Below are positions 17,419 to 26,208 of a DNA stretch of 64,000 nt, piece after piece. Source of the stretch: Clostridia bacterium (GTDB taxonomy: Bacteria > Bacillota > Clostridia > Oscillospirales > SIG627). The notes beneath the pieces are model-generated. The model did not search any database. It had not been told where the DNA came from and worked only from the letters and a program-made list of their open reading frames with translations. Where the stretch lies: positions 25,584 through 89,583 of the forward strand of contig JAFXEX010000002.1 of the NCBI GenBank assembly GCA_017520825.1, written 5' to 3'. Position 1 is the stretch's first letter. Each line of letters begins with the position of its first letter. Made by a program: the position numbers and the translations under genes.

Positions 17419-20400
17419 TTAAGACCTGAAGTCTTCAAGAGTAGGCAGTTCAAATTCTTCGCGCTTACGTGACAGCTCGGCGTTGATGGAGTCGATGTAG
17501 CTGAGAAGCTCTTCAACGGGGTTCGCATCATCGTTGTATGCTGCCAGGAATGCAAAGTTGACGTAACGGGTTATAATGTAACCACCGGGCATTTCGGGTG
17601 TTACCGCAAGGTTAGCAAACTGCTCTTCAAGTGCGGCGAGCACCTCGTCTGACCAAGGCTGTTTTCTCAATGAATTGAGGTTTGCAGTTGCATACTGTCC
17701 TGAAGGACCGAGCAAGGTAACGAGCTCATTACCGTAGGTGGTCTGAGGCTCTTCACTTACCCACCACTTCATAAACTCCCATGATCTTTCTTCGTCACCG
17801 ATAGCGCCCTTCATCATTACAACGCAGGTAACGGATGCAACGGAGTTGTTGTTAATGCTTTCGATTACTCTCTTACCGTCTTCTCCGTAGATGTAGTCTC
17901 CGTCCTCGTCAACTGCATAGGTTGCAGTTCCGGGAAGAGTGGTTATCTTCCAGAGACCACTGATTTCGGGAGCGAAAATCTGAAGCTGGTTATAAGAAGT
18001 ATAAGAGGTTACTGCGATAGGCATTTCACCTGATCTGAAACGGTTTGCAAAGTCGAAGGTGAGAGGGAATGAATACATTGTAAAGAATTCGCAAACCTCC
18101 TTGAAGCAATCAAGAGCAGTATTTGAATCAAGGTTTATCTGCATACCTCTCGTAAGATATGCGTCGTCGGGATTGAAGCCTGCTGCTTCCATTTCTTCTG
18201 CCGAAACGGCATCCTTGTACATAGGCTCGTCCCTCTGGTACATAAGCATTGTAGTACCTGCAAGGTTGCTGGGGAAGCCTGCCTGAAGGTTGTTGGACTG
18301 AAGAACGGGAAGAATTGCATAAAGGTCGTCCCAAGTCTTAGGTATTTCCATTTCAAGCTCTGCAAAGATATCAAGTCTTACGAAGAGCATGCTGAAAGTT
18401 TCGGTTTCGGGAAGTCCGTAGATTTCTCCGTAAAGTGTAAGAGGAATCATAGCCGAATCGTCGAACCACGTTTTAACCTCGTCTATTCCTTCCATATTAG
18501 TAATGGGAAGGACTGCACTTCTGATAGCGTAGTTGATACAGGTGTCAGCCGTATTCTGAATTGAAACGTCAGGACCTGTTCCTGCAAGAGTTGCGGGAAG
18601 AAGTGAACCGCCTGCAACAAGCTTTAGGTTTACTGCTATACCGGTCTGTGCCGTAAAGTCGGTAAGCATTGAACGGATAATCTGTGCCTGGTCACGTCCT
18701 GCTGTCATCCATACTTCAACGGGGTCTTCGGATTCTGCAGACTCATCCATTGCACCGAGGTTGTTATAATCGCTTATAAAGCTCATTATAAAGGACTTAA
18801 ACTCGTGTACAAGAGAAGCTATGAAGCCTGCGCTTGCCTTAGGAGGCTCTGCATCTGATGCCGACTGTACCTGAATGTAGTCAAGTGAAAGAGGCTGTGA
18901 ACGTACGTTGGATATCCAAGTACCCAATGAACCGATGTTATCCTTAAGTGTTGAAAGGTTGGGAGCAACGTCGTCGTTGTCCGAGCCCATCATTCCAAGG
19001 ATGAGAGCAATCTTGTCAAGGAGAACCGAGTCTTCACCCTTCTGACCTGTGATTTTTTCAAGGTCAGAGGAAATTCTGTAAAGACGCTCAGATTCTGTAA
19101 CAAGACCTGTCATTACCTCGGGAATAAGAGTTGTAAAGCCGTAGTCACGGTAGATATCGGGGTCGGGACCCGTAATCATCATTATCTTAAGGTAGTAGCT
19201 GTTTATGGTTACCATAGACTCGTCTACTTCTCTGATAATGGGAGCCATATCACCGAGAACAACTTCCATCTTGAGAACGTGCTTACCCTTTGTGAGATAG
19301 AAGTCAAATGCCTCTCTCTCCATCTTGCCGTCCTCACCCTCAACGTCTCTTCCAAGGAACTGTGTCTGCCAGCTGGAATCGTAATTAAAGGTAATGAAGT
19401 TAGCTTCATTGAAGGGAACCTCTCCGTCTATGTAGAGGCGACGGGATACGTACATACCTGAAAGTGTATCCTGCTTAAAGCGAGTGCTTATACGGTAGAG
19501 ACCGTCCTCGGGAACTTCAACTTCCCATTCGATCCACTGACCGTTGCTCTGCCATTTGGTTCCACCTATATTATTAAGGTAAACTTTCGAAGCGTCCTGA
19601 GGCTCTGTGCTTCCCGACGTTCTGTCGTTTACAGCGTAAATCGACTTGTCCGACATACGGTAAGCGTGCTCTGCCTGAATCTTGATAGGCTCAGCAGTGT
19701 ACGCCTTGTAGCCGTTAGCTTCATACTCTGCCTTAACCTCGTCGTAAGAAGGCTGACCCTTGTGGGCATGAATTCTTACTGACTTTATTATCATGGACTC
19801 TTTGATTCCGTTTATAGTAACTGTGTGAGTACCTTCTGTCAGATGGTATTTAAGGGGAAGCTCATAATATCCTGCCGTATCGTAAACGTAGCGTGACGAC
19901 CATGAGGGATACTGAACCTTTGTCGGTCTGATTTCGTTATCGTTAATGTCGTGAATAAATCCACGCTCATATCTTGTGTCGTATTCGTCAACCCATGTTC
20001 CTACGAAGGAAACGGTTCTTGTTTCCGAGTAAGGATATGCACCGTCAATCATAAATGCGCGCTCGATATTGTTTGCGCTGGCTTCGGGTGACATATATTC
20101 AATCTCGATGCTGTAGAATCCGGGATCTTTAATCTCGAACTCATATGTAAGCTCAGAAGAGCCTGTCGTATAAACGACCTTTTCCAAGCCGTCCATACCT
20201 GCCTTTGCCTCTTCTGCAATAGTTACGACGTGATTGGCATTGAACTTGTTGTGCTCCTCAGTCTTGCCCTTTACGTTCGCACTCATTGATTCTGTTATTT
20301 CTTCCTCGTTGGTGTAGAGCGCAGTAAGATATGCTGCAAGCTCATCGGCACCGAAAAGAAGGGTGTCGTTAGTTGTTTTTTCGGCAACGATGTTCTCATA

Positions 20401-20655
20401 CGTTACGGTAACGTCGTCTTTACCGTCAACGATTTCTCCATCGAAGTCATCAAGATATTCCTGATAGCTTAATGCCGAAAGTAAAGCTTTGACCTCTTCC
20501 AATTCTTCTTTTGCGGTTTTGCCTGTTGAGTTTGAATCCACAGTACCGGCAGGTATGCCGTAGCCTTCAGCAAGCGCAAGAACGCCAGCCTGGGTAACAA
20601 GCATCAAAATCGCCAAAAGAACAGCAAGAGTTCTTGAAAAACGTGATTTTAACAT
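17419..20655 (-). CDS. Giant extracellular solute-binding protein (~1078 aa): signal peptide, two CBM-like beta-sandwich modules, helical linker, family-1 SBP domain
   Basis: ATG at 20655 follows AGGAGGA and gives MLKSRFSRTLAVLLAILMLVTQAGVLALAEG. The track GTG at 20787 has no RBS. Two segments have CBM6/35-like patterns (FYSIEIEYMSP..., WIEWEVEVPEDGLYRISTRF...). The C-terminal ~450 aa is SBP-like. Confidence 0.7.
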   Translation of the reverse strand: MLKSRFSRTLAVLLAILMLVTQAGVLALAEGYGIPAGTVDSNSTGKTAKEELEEVKALLSALSYQEYLDDFDGEIVDGKDDVTVTYENIVAEKTTNDTLLFGADELAAYLTALYTNEEEITESMSANVKGKTEEHNKFNANHVVTIAEEAKAGMDGLEKVVYTTGSSELTYEFEIKDPGFYSIEIEYMSPEASANNIERAFMIDGAYPYSETRTVSFVGTWVDEYDTRYERGFIHDINDNEIRPTKVQYPSWSSRYVYDTAGYYELPLKYHLTEGTHTVTINGIKESMIIKSVRIHAHKGQPSYDEVKAEYEANGYKAYTAEPIKIQAEHAYRMSDKSIYAVNDRTSGSTEPQDASKVYLNNIGGTKWQSNGQWIEWEVEVPEDGLYRISTRFKQDTLSGMYVSRRLYIDGEVPFNEANFITFNYDSSWQTQFLGRDVEGEDGKMEREAFDFYLTKGKHVLKMEVVLGDMAPIIREVDESMVTINSYYLKIMMITGPDPDIYRDYGFTTLIPEVMTGLVTESERLYRISSDLEKITGQKGEDSVLLDKIALILGMMGSDNDDVAPNLSTLKDNIGSLGTWISNVRSQPLSLDYIQVQSASDAEPPKASAGFIASLVHEFKSFIMSFISDYNNLGAMDESAESEDPVEVWMTAGRDQAQIIRSMLTDFTAQTGIAVNLKLVAGGSLLPATLAGTGPDVSIQNTADTCINYAIRSAVLPITNMEGIDEVKTWFDDSAMIPLTLYGEIYGLPETETFSMLFVRLDIFAELEMEIPKTWDDLYAILPVLQSNNLQAGFPSNLAGTTMLMYQRDEPMYKDAVSAEEMEAAGFNPDDAYLTRGMQINLDSNTALDCFKEVCEFFTMYSFPLTFDFANRFRSGEMPIAVTSYTSYNQLQIFAPEISGLWKITTLPGTATYAVDEDGDYIYGEDGKRVIESINNNSVASVTCVVMMKGAIGDEERSWEFMKWWVSEEPQTTYGNELVTLLGPSGQYATANLNSLRKQPWSDEVLAALEEQFANLAVTPEMPGGYIITRYVNFAFLAAYNDDANPVEELLSYIDSINAELSRKREEFELPTLEDFRS

Positions 20656-20855
20656 TACTTTTCCTCCTGAAAGTTTTGGGTTGATATACTCTAACACGGT
20701 CTGCACGTCCTGCATCTCCGTCCGACACACGGAATGCCGTCCAGACCTGAAAAGCTCCTTAAAAAGTACCTTTTTATCAGCATTCACACAGTAAAAATGC
20801 GATTAAAATCCGTACTGTTCGCCAGGTTGCCCCAGTTTGAGTATTTTACTGAAAT

Positions 20856-20884
20856 AGTATATCATTCCAGCCGTTTTTTGTCAA
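20856..20884 (-). promoter_or_regulatory. Promoter of the 7-gene operon
   Basis: Minus strand: TTGACA (20884-20879), 17 nt, TATACT (20861-20856). Leaves a ~190-nt 5' leader. Confidence 0.5.
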
Positions 20885-20993
20885 GTATGACCATATTTTA
20901 CGTTCCAATTATATATATAATAACAAAATTCTATTTTTGACTTTTTTGTAAAATTTCCACTTTTTTGGAAGTTAAAATTTAAATTTTAAAAAG

Positions 20994-21022
20994 TTGCACA
21001 AAAATCAAAGCAATAATATACT
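20994..21022 (+). promoter_or_regulatory. Orphan near-consensus promoter facing an orphan terminator
   Basis: TTGCAC (20994-20999), 17 nt, TATACT (21017-21022); about 20 nt upstream of the hairpin at 21042. Confidence 0.3.
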
Positions 21023-21041
21023 ACCACTTTTATATTCAACA

Positions 21042-21068
21042 AAAAGCCCCCTTATTTTAGGGGCTTTT
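21042..21068. terminator. Strong hairpin with T-runs on both strands, not adjacent to any ORF
   Basis: AAAAGCCCC-loop-GGGGCTTTT, followed by cgTTGTTTTTTT on plus and TTTTTGTTG on minus. It lies 244 nt downstream of the mnmA stop. Confidence 0.55.
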
Positions 21069-21311
21069 CGTTGTTTTTTTATTTGCGAAAATATAATTAT
21101 TGTATCTTTTATAAAAGCAGAATTTTTTAACTAAAGTTTATAATCAAAGCACTAATGATTGTTCATAACTCCGGTTTTTGCAAAAAAGTTTGTGAAAGAC
21201 TTGTCAATCTAAATGTGCACAATTCACAATTTGCATTCAAAATATTCGTCGTTTAGGACATCAAAAATTTTTATTTTGGTTAAAAATAATCTTTAAAATG
21301 AACACAGTTTG

Positions 21312-22373
21312 CTAAAAATTTACACCGTTTCGGGCGTTTCGGCAAATTTTACCACCAAGCATTACCCTTCCCTCTTCGTCGTAGAATACTGCCGACTGCC
21401 CCGGAGAAACCAGCTTAATAGGGACGTCTGTTATTACCTCGGCTTTTCCGTTTGTTATATTAACTGTACAAGGAATAAGTGGAGAGCGATATCGGGGACG
21501 TACAAAAAAGCGTCTCTCCCCTTCAAACTCTGGAGTTGAAACAAAGTTCAGAGAATCGGCTACAAAGCCCTCACATCTGTTGTCCTCCTCAAAGCCGAGA
21601 ATCACTCTGTTGTCTTCGGAAGATATACCCACAACGAAAGCCGGTCTGCCCAGGGCTATTCCAAGTCCCTTGCGCTGTCCCACCGTATATGAAGCATATC
21701 CCTTATGCTTTCCGACTGCTTCTCCGTTAAGCTTTACAAAGTCGCCCTCTTTAAACGCCTTTTCGCAATCCTCAGGTGACAAGCGCGCTTTAAGGAAAGA
21801 AACGTAATCATCGTCGGGAATAAAGCAGATTTCCTGGCTTTCCTTTATTTCGTCTATGAGCGAATTCTCTGTAACTCTTCTCACCACCTCGTCCTTGCTT
21901 GCCTTTTCCAGCGGTGATACAAAGCGTGAAAGGAGCTCTTGTGTCAACTGCCAAAGGAAATAGCTTTGGTCCTTCTTTGCATCAAGTGCTTGTGACAAAG
22001 TGTATCGGTCGCCTGCTTTCCCTACGGTAACGTAATGACCGGTTGCTATTTTTTCTATTCCGAGACGGTCAGCTTCATCTGCAAGTGCCGAAAATTTTAT
22101 TTTTCTGTTACACTCTACGCAAGGGTTCGGAGTTCTGCCCTCTAAATATTCTCTTGCAAAATACTCCTCAACTTCCCTTTTAAAGCTTTCACTGTAATCG
22201 GCAATATGAAGCTTTATTCCAAGTCGGTCTGCAGCAAGCTGAGCCTCCTTCACGGGAGCTGATTCGTGAAGCACCAGCAAAAGTCCCTCTACCTCATATC
22301 CCATTTCCTGCAAAACACGGCAAGCCCAGGTACTGTCTTTGCCTCCCGACATTCCAAGTAATACCTTTTCCAT
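21312..22373 (-). CDS. mnmA: tRNA 2-thiouridine(34) synthase MnmA
   Basis: MSGGKDS PP-loop, conserved Cys (NPCVECN), 353 aa from the ATG at 22373 (AAGAGGT RBS). The track start at 22421 overlaps rnhA. Confidence 0.9.
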   Translation of the reverse strand: MEKVLLGMSGGKDSTWACRVLQEMGYEVEGLLLVLHESAPVKEAQLAADRLGIKLHIADYSESFKREVEEYFAREYLEGRTPNPCVECNRKIKFSALADEADRLGIEKIATGHYVTVGKAGDRYTLSQALDAKKDQSYFLWQLTQELLSRFVSPLEKASKDEVVRRVTENSLIDEIKESQEICFIPDDDYVSFLKARLSPEDCEKAFKEGDFVKLNGEAVGKHKGYASYTVGQRKGLGIALGRPAFVVGISSEDNRVILGFEEDNRCEGFVADSLNFVSTPEFEGERRFFVRPRYRSPLIPCTVNITNGKAEVITDVPIKLVSPGQSAVFYDEEGRVMLGGKICRNARNGVNF

Positions 22374-22374
22374 T

Positions 22375-22818
22375 TTAACCTCTTGAAAATTTCTGGCTTT
22401 CTTCAACTGCAGCGACGTCACATCTTTCGTTATAGGGATGTCCGTCGTGTCCCTTTATCCATATAAAAGATACCTTATGACGCTCAAGCTGTGGAATAAG
22501 CTTCTGCCACAGATCTATATTAAGCGCAGGCTTTCCGTCCGATTTCTTCCAATTCTTTTTCTGCCAGGATTCAAGCCATCCTTTATTTATAGCGTCAACC
22601 ACGTATTTGGAATCCGAGGTAAGCTCCACCTCGCACTCCTCGTTTAACGCTTCAAGGGCAGTCACAACTGCAGTAAGCTCCATTCTGTTATTTGTAGTAG
22701 AAGCTTCGCCACCCGAAATCAGCTTTTCTGTTCCTTTGTACACCAATATTGATGCCCAGCCTCCCGGACCCGGATTTCCACTACACGCTCCGTCAGTATA
22801 TATATTAACCTTTTTCAT
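22375..22818 (-). CDS. rnhA: Ribonuclease HI
   Basis: YTDGACSGNPGPGGW, TNNRMEL, SDSKYV and GHDGHPYNERCD motifs; start at ATG 22818 (or GTG 22824). Confidence 0.9.
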   Translation of the reverse strand: MKKVNIYTDGACSGNPGPGGWASILVYKGTEKLISGGEASTTNNRMELTAVVTALEALNEECEVELTSDSKYVVDAINKGWLESWQKKNWKKSDGKPALNIDLWQKLIPQLERHKVSFIWIKGHDGHPYNERCDVAAVEESQKFSRG

Positions 22819-22878
22819 TTCCACCTCATACGTTTTGATAATTTATTTTAACACAAATGACACCTTTGGTCAAGAGAA

Positions 22879-22906
22879 AACCACCTTGCACGATTGCAAG
22901 GTGGTT
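22879..22906 (-). terminator. Intrinsic terminator
   Basis: AACCACCTTGCA-cgat-TGCAAGGTGGTT, followed on the minus strand by TTTTCTCTT. Confidence 0.6.
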
Positions 22907-22915
22907 AAAGCTGAT

Positions 22916-23407
22916 TTATTTTCCACTAAAGCCGTAAGTGAAGCCGTTATTTTCTGCAGAAGACACGTCTCCACCTATCACTCTATTTTTATACACCAAA
23001 ACGGTAGCATATGCCTTGCCGTCGGCGTTTGTAATACTATAAGTGTACATATCAACCGTCTTTCCCTTGTACTTTTCAAGGTCAAGACCTTCTCCCTTTT
23101 GGAGTTTATTATACTCCTCATAAAGCTGGTCAAATTCTTGGGGAATCGTTACGCTTCTTTCAGAAACGGGAGTGTCTTCCACCTCCCAGCCGTAGCTTTT
23201 CAGAAAAGCAACCACGTCTTCACTTGTCTTGACGTTTTTAAAGTCACCGATTTTCCGCTCTGCCGAAACCTCGATAGCGCCGTTCTCCATACCTGATGAC
23301 ATACTATTGGAGGGGACTATGGCAACCGTCATTATTATTGCCATCACACAAAGACTCATAACTCCGATATATTTCAGCGTGGAAGCCTTGAATGAGAAAA
23401 CGAACAT
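22916..23407 (-). CDS. Small membrane-anchored protein (DUF4830-like, from memory)
   Basis: N-terminal TM helix; the GWEV...IPQEFDQLYEEYNKLQKGEGLDLEKYKGK pattern recalls DUF4830. Confidence 0.5.
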   Translation of the reverse strand: MFVFSFKASTLKYIGVMSLCVMAIIMTVAIVPSNSMSSGMENGAIEVSAERKIGDFKNVKTSEDVVAFLKSYGWEVEDTPVSERSVTIPQEFDQLYEEYNKLQKGEGLDLEKYKGKTVDMYTYSITNADGKAYATVLVYKNRVIGGDVSSAENNGFTYGFSGK

Positions 23408-23464
23408 AAATATGACACTCCTTTAATTTTTGTCTTTGTCATATTTTATGTCCGTTTTTTTGCT

Positions 23465-24184
23465 TTATGCCATATTCTTCAAAAGTGAAGCTATTTCTTG
23501 AGCCGTCAGCTCTCTGATCTCCCCTCTTTCAAGATCGGGATCAAGCTTTATTTCGTCAAACTGTACTCTTTCAAGATATATAACCTTCTTCCCCAGGCTT
23601 TCCATCATTCTTTTGATTTGATGGAATTTACCCTCGCATATAGTTATATACGCCTTGTTATTATCCTCACATATTTCAAGCCTTGCAGGTAAAGTAAGCC
23701 TTTTTTCTCCTATGTCTACGCCCTTTTCAAGACTTATCACGTCATTTTCCGTCATAGGAAGGTCGGTTTCAAGATAATACCTTTTATCAACGTGACGCTT
23801 GGGGGAAAGCAGAAAATGGGCAAGCTCTCCGTTATCGGTAAGTATCACCAAGCCGAAGGTGTCCTTGTCAAGTCTGCCAACCGGGAAAATATCAAAATGC
23901 TTTACGCTATCCGGGAGAAGCTCCATTATAGTCGGGTCCCTCATATCCTCGGTAGAGCAGATATATCCGTCGGGCTTATTGAGCATAAAATAATGATATT
24001 CGGAATAATTCAGACTCTCACCACGGCAGGTAACCGACACCTTTTCGGGGTCAAGCTTTTTGCCAATATCTCTTTCAGGCTTGCCGTCAACTGCCACGTA
24101 ACCCCGTCTTATAAGTGTATGAGCCTCACTTCTCGTCACTGCCATAGCCGATGAAATGAATTTATCAAGTCTTACGTTTGCCAT
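23465..24184 (-). CDS. rsuA: Pseudouridine synthase, RsuA/RluB family (S4 domain + PUS core)
   Basis: S4 domain (RLDKFIS...) and catalytic GRLDKDTFGLVILT; ATG at 24184 after AGGAGAAAA. Confidence 0.85.
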   Translation of the reverse strand: MANVRLDKFISSAMAVTRSEAHTLIRRGYVAVDGKPERDIGKKLDPEKVSVTCRGESLNYSEYHYFMLNKPDGYICSTEDMRDPTIMELLPDSVKHFDIFPVGRLDKDTFGLVILTDNGELAHFLLSPKRHVDKRYYLETDLPMTENDVISLEKGVDIGEKRLTLPARLEICEDNNKAYITICEGKFHQIKRMMESLGKKVIYLERVQFDEIKLDPDLERGEIRELTAQEIASLLKNMA

Positions 24185-24191
24185 TTTTCTC

Positions 24192-26084
24192 CTATACAAG
24201 CGTATCGAGGAAGGAATAAAGACTGTCAAGGCGTTCTTCAAGGGCTTGTCTTTCCTTTTCTGCCTCCATTAACGCCGAATAGTCGGTAGCCAGCTCACCC
24301 GACATTCTTTCCTCTATTTCGCTTATTCTCTTTTCCGTATCTTCTATTTCCTTCTCGGTTTTAGCTATATCTCTTTCACGCTTGCGCTCCTGCGCTTTGT
24401 TTTCACGCCTTTGAATAAATTCTTCCTTGCCCGAGGCAACAGCCTGAACCGTCACTGCAGAGGGCTTTATACTTTCTCTGACCTTTTCAACGTAATGCTC
24501 GTAGCCGTGCTCATAGACAGTGCAGCCCCTCTCTTCAATTCTGATTATTCTGGTAGCAAGCTTCTTGATAAAATATCTGTCGTGGGACACGGCAATTACC
24601 GTACCCTTGAATTGAAGTATTGCGTCCTCAAGAGTTTCTCTTGAAGCTATGTCAAGGTGGTTCGTAGGCTCGTCGAGAATGAGCAGATTAACCTTTGAAA
24701 GCATTAGCTTTGCAAGGGTAAGCCTTGCTTTTTCTCCACCACTTAACACCGACACCTTTTTCATAACGTCGTCACCACAGAATCTGAACATCGCCAAGGC
24801 AGAGCGCACCTCGGTCATGGTCATTGAGGAGTATTCGTTCCACAACTCGTCAAGAACTGTGTTATTAGGCGAAAGGTTCTGGTTTTCCTGGTCGTAATAG
24901 CCAAGCTTAACGTTGGTGCCGTACTCGAAATCACCCTCAATTGAAGTAAGCCGTGAATTAAGGATTTTCAAAAGAGTAGATTTTCCCGTTCCATTTTTAC
25001 CCAGAATAAAAAGTCTGTCCCCTCTTTTAACCTCGAAGGAAACGTCGGTAAAAAGTCTTTTAGAGTCAAACGCCATTCCAAGCCCGTTGACCGAAAGCAC
25101 TTCATTGCCCGAGCGTATTGCCTCCCCGAAGGAAAAGCTGATTCCTACGGGAAGATTTTCGGGCTTGTCTAATTTGTCCATTCGTTCTATGGCTTTTTCA
25201 CGGCTTTCTGCAGCAATTATGTTCCGTTCTCTGTTCCAGCGTCTCTGCTGCTCTATATAGGCTTCAAGACGGGCTATTTCCTTCTGCTGATTCTCATAAT
25301 GCCGTCTGTATATTTCTCTGTCCTTCTTCTTTTTTTCGATAAAAGCAGAGTATGAGCCGTTATAAAGATTTACGTGGGTGTTCTCCACGTCCAGAGTTTT
25401 GGTAGTAACGGCATCAAGAAAATATCTGTCGTGAGAAATGACTATAACGGTTGACTTGATACCCTTTATATAGTTTTCAAGCCATTCAACAGACTCTATG
25501 TCCAAATGGTTGGTAGGCTCGTCAAGAATAAGTATGCCGTGATTTTGCAAAATCAGTCCAACGAGAGCAAGCGCCGTTTTCTGTCCACCACTTAAAGCAT
25601 TTACAGGAAGATTGAAATACTCCTCTCCAAAGCCCATTTTTGTAAGCACGGATTTAGTTCTACCAACGTACTCGTAGCCACCGGCCTTTTTGTATTCTTC
25701 GGTTAACGCCGAAAAAGAAGTAGCTGCGTTTGCTGATACGGTGGGGTCTGAAGAATTCTGCATAATCAGTTCAAGCTCGTCAAGACGATTCTTCATTGAT
25801 GCAAGATGAGAAAAATTTGCAAGCATTTCTTCAAGCACCGTTCTGTCGGAATCAACGGTTGCATACTGGTCAAGATACCCTACGGTTTCACCACCTGCAA
25901 TATATACCTCTCCGTCGTCCTTGGGCATATCACCGGTTATTATTTTCATCAGTGTGGTCTTGCCTGCTCCGTTTACACCTACGACGCCAACTCTGTCTCC
26001 CTTTTCAACCGAAAAGGTGACGCGATCAAGAAGCACGTCCGTTCCAAAGGCAAGAGAAACGTTTTTACAGCTTATACTAATCAT
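24192..26084 (-). CDS. ABC-F family ATPase (two NBDs, no TMD; translation-factor type)
   Basis: Two Walker A motifs (GVNGAGKTT, GKNGTGKST), two signatures (LSGGQ, LSGGE), two Walker B motifs (ILDEPTNHLD), and a charged coiled-coil C-terminus. Confidence 0.85.
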   Translation of the reverse strand: MISISCKNVSLAFGTDVLLDRVTFSVEKGDRVGVVGVNGAGKTTLMKIITGDMPKDDGEVYIAGGETVGYLDQYATVDSDRTVLEEMLANFSHLASMKNRLDELELIMQNSSDPTVSANAATSFSALTEEYKKAGGYEYVGRTKSVLTKMGFGEEYFNLPVNALSGGQKTALALVGLILQNHGILILDEPTNHLDIESVEWLENYIKGIKSTVIVISHDRYFLDAVTTKTLDVENTHVNLYNGSYSAFIEKKKKDREIYRRHYENQQKEIARLEAYIEQQRRWNRERNIIAAESREKAIERMDKLDKPENLPVGISFSFGEAIRSGNEVLSVNGLGMAFDSKRLFTDVSFEVKRGDRLFILGKNGTGKSTLLKILNSRLTSIEGDFEYGTNVKLGYYDQENQNLSPNNTVLDELWNEYSSMTMTEVRSALAMFRFCGDDVMKKVSVLSGGEKARLTLAKLMLSKVNLLILDEPTNHLDIASRETLEDAILQFKGTVIAVSHDRYFIKKLATRIIRIEERGCTVYEHGYEHYVEKVRESIKPSAVTVQAVASGKEEFIQRRENKAQERKRERDIAKTEKEIEDTEKRISEIEERMSGELATDYSALMEAEKERQALEERLDSLYSFLDTLV

Positions 26085-26149
26085 ACTTTATCCTTTACTA
26101 TTTTGTCTTCTTATTCTATCACATATAATAATAAATTTCAAGCAAACCC

Positions 26150-26178
26150 TTGCATTTTTCTTTTCGGTAATGTATAAT
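26150..26178 (+). promoter_or_regulatory. Promoter of ppa
   Basis: TTGCAT, 17 nt, TATAAT, with TG immediately upstream of the -10. Confidence 0.5.
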
Positions 26179-26208
26179 AAGCGTACTTTAACGAAAAGGA
26201 GAATTCGT

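Noticed and set aside
20656-20787. 44-codon N-terminal extension of the giant SBP (track start GTG at 20787)
   Set aside because: The GTG has no SD. The internal ATG at 20655 has AGGAGGA at ideal spacing and yields a classical signal peptide. I therefore treat the extension as 5' leader.
22607-23296. 229-aa plus-strand ORF
   Set aside because: It runs antisense through rnhA and the DUF4830-like gene, has no RBS and has a low-complexity composition. It is a shadow ORF of well-supported genes.
24192-26084. ABC-F protein as an antibiotic-resistance (ARE) determinant
   Set aside because: The motifs show only ABC-F membership. Housekeeping ABC-F paralogs are common, the context is core genes, and the subfamily cannot be assigned without phylogeny.
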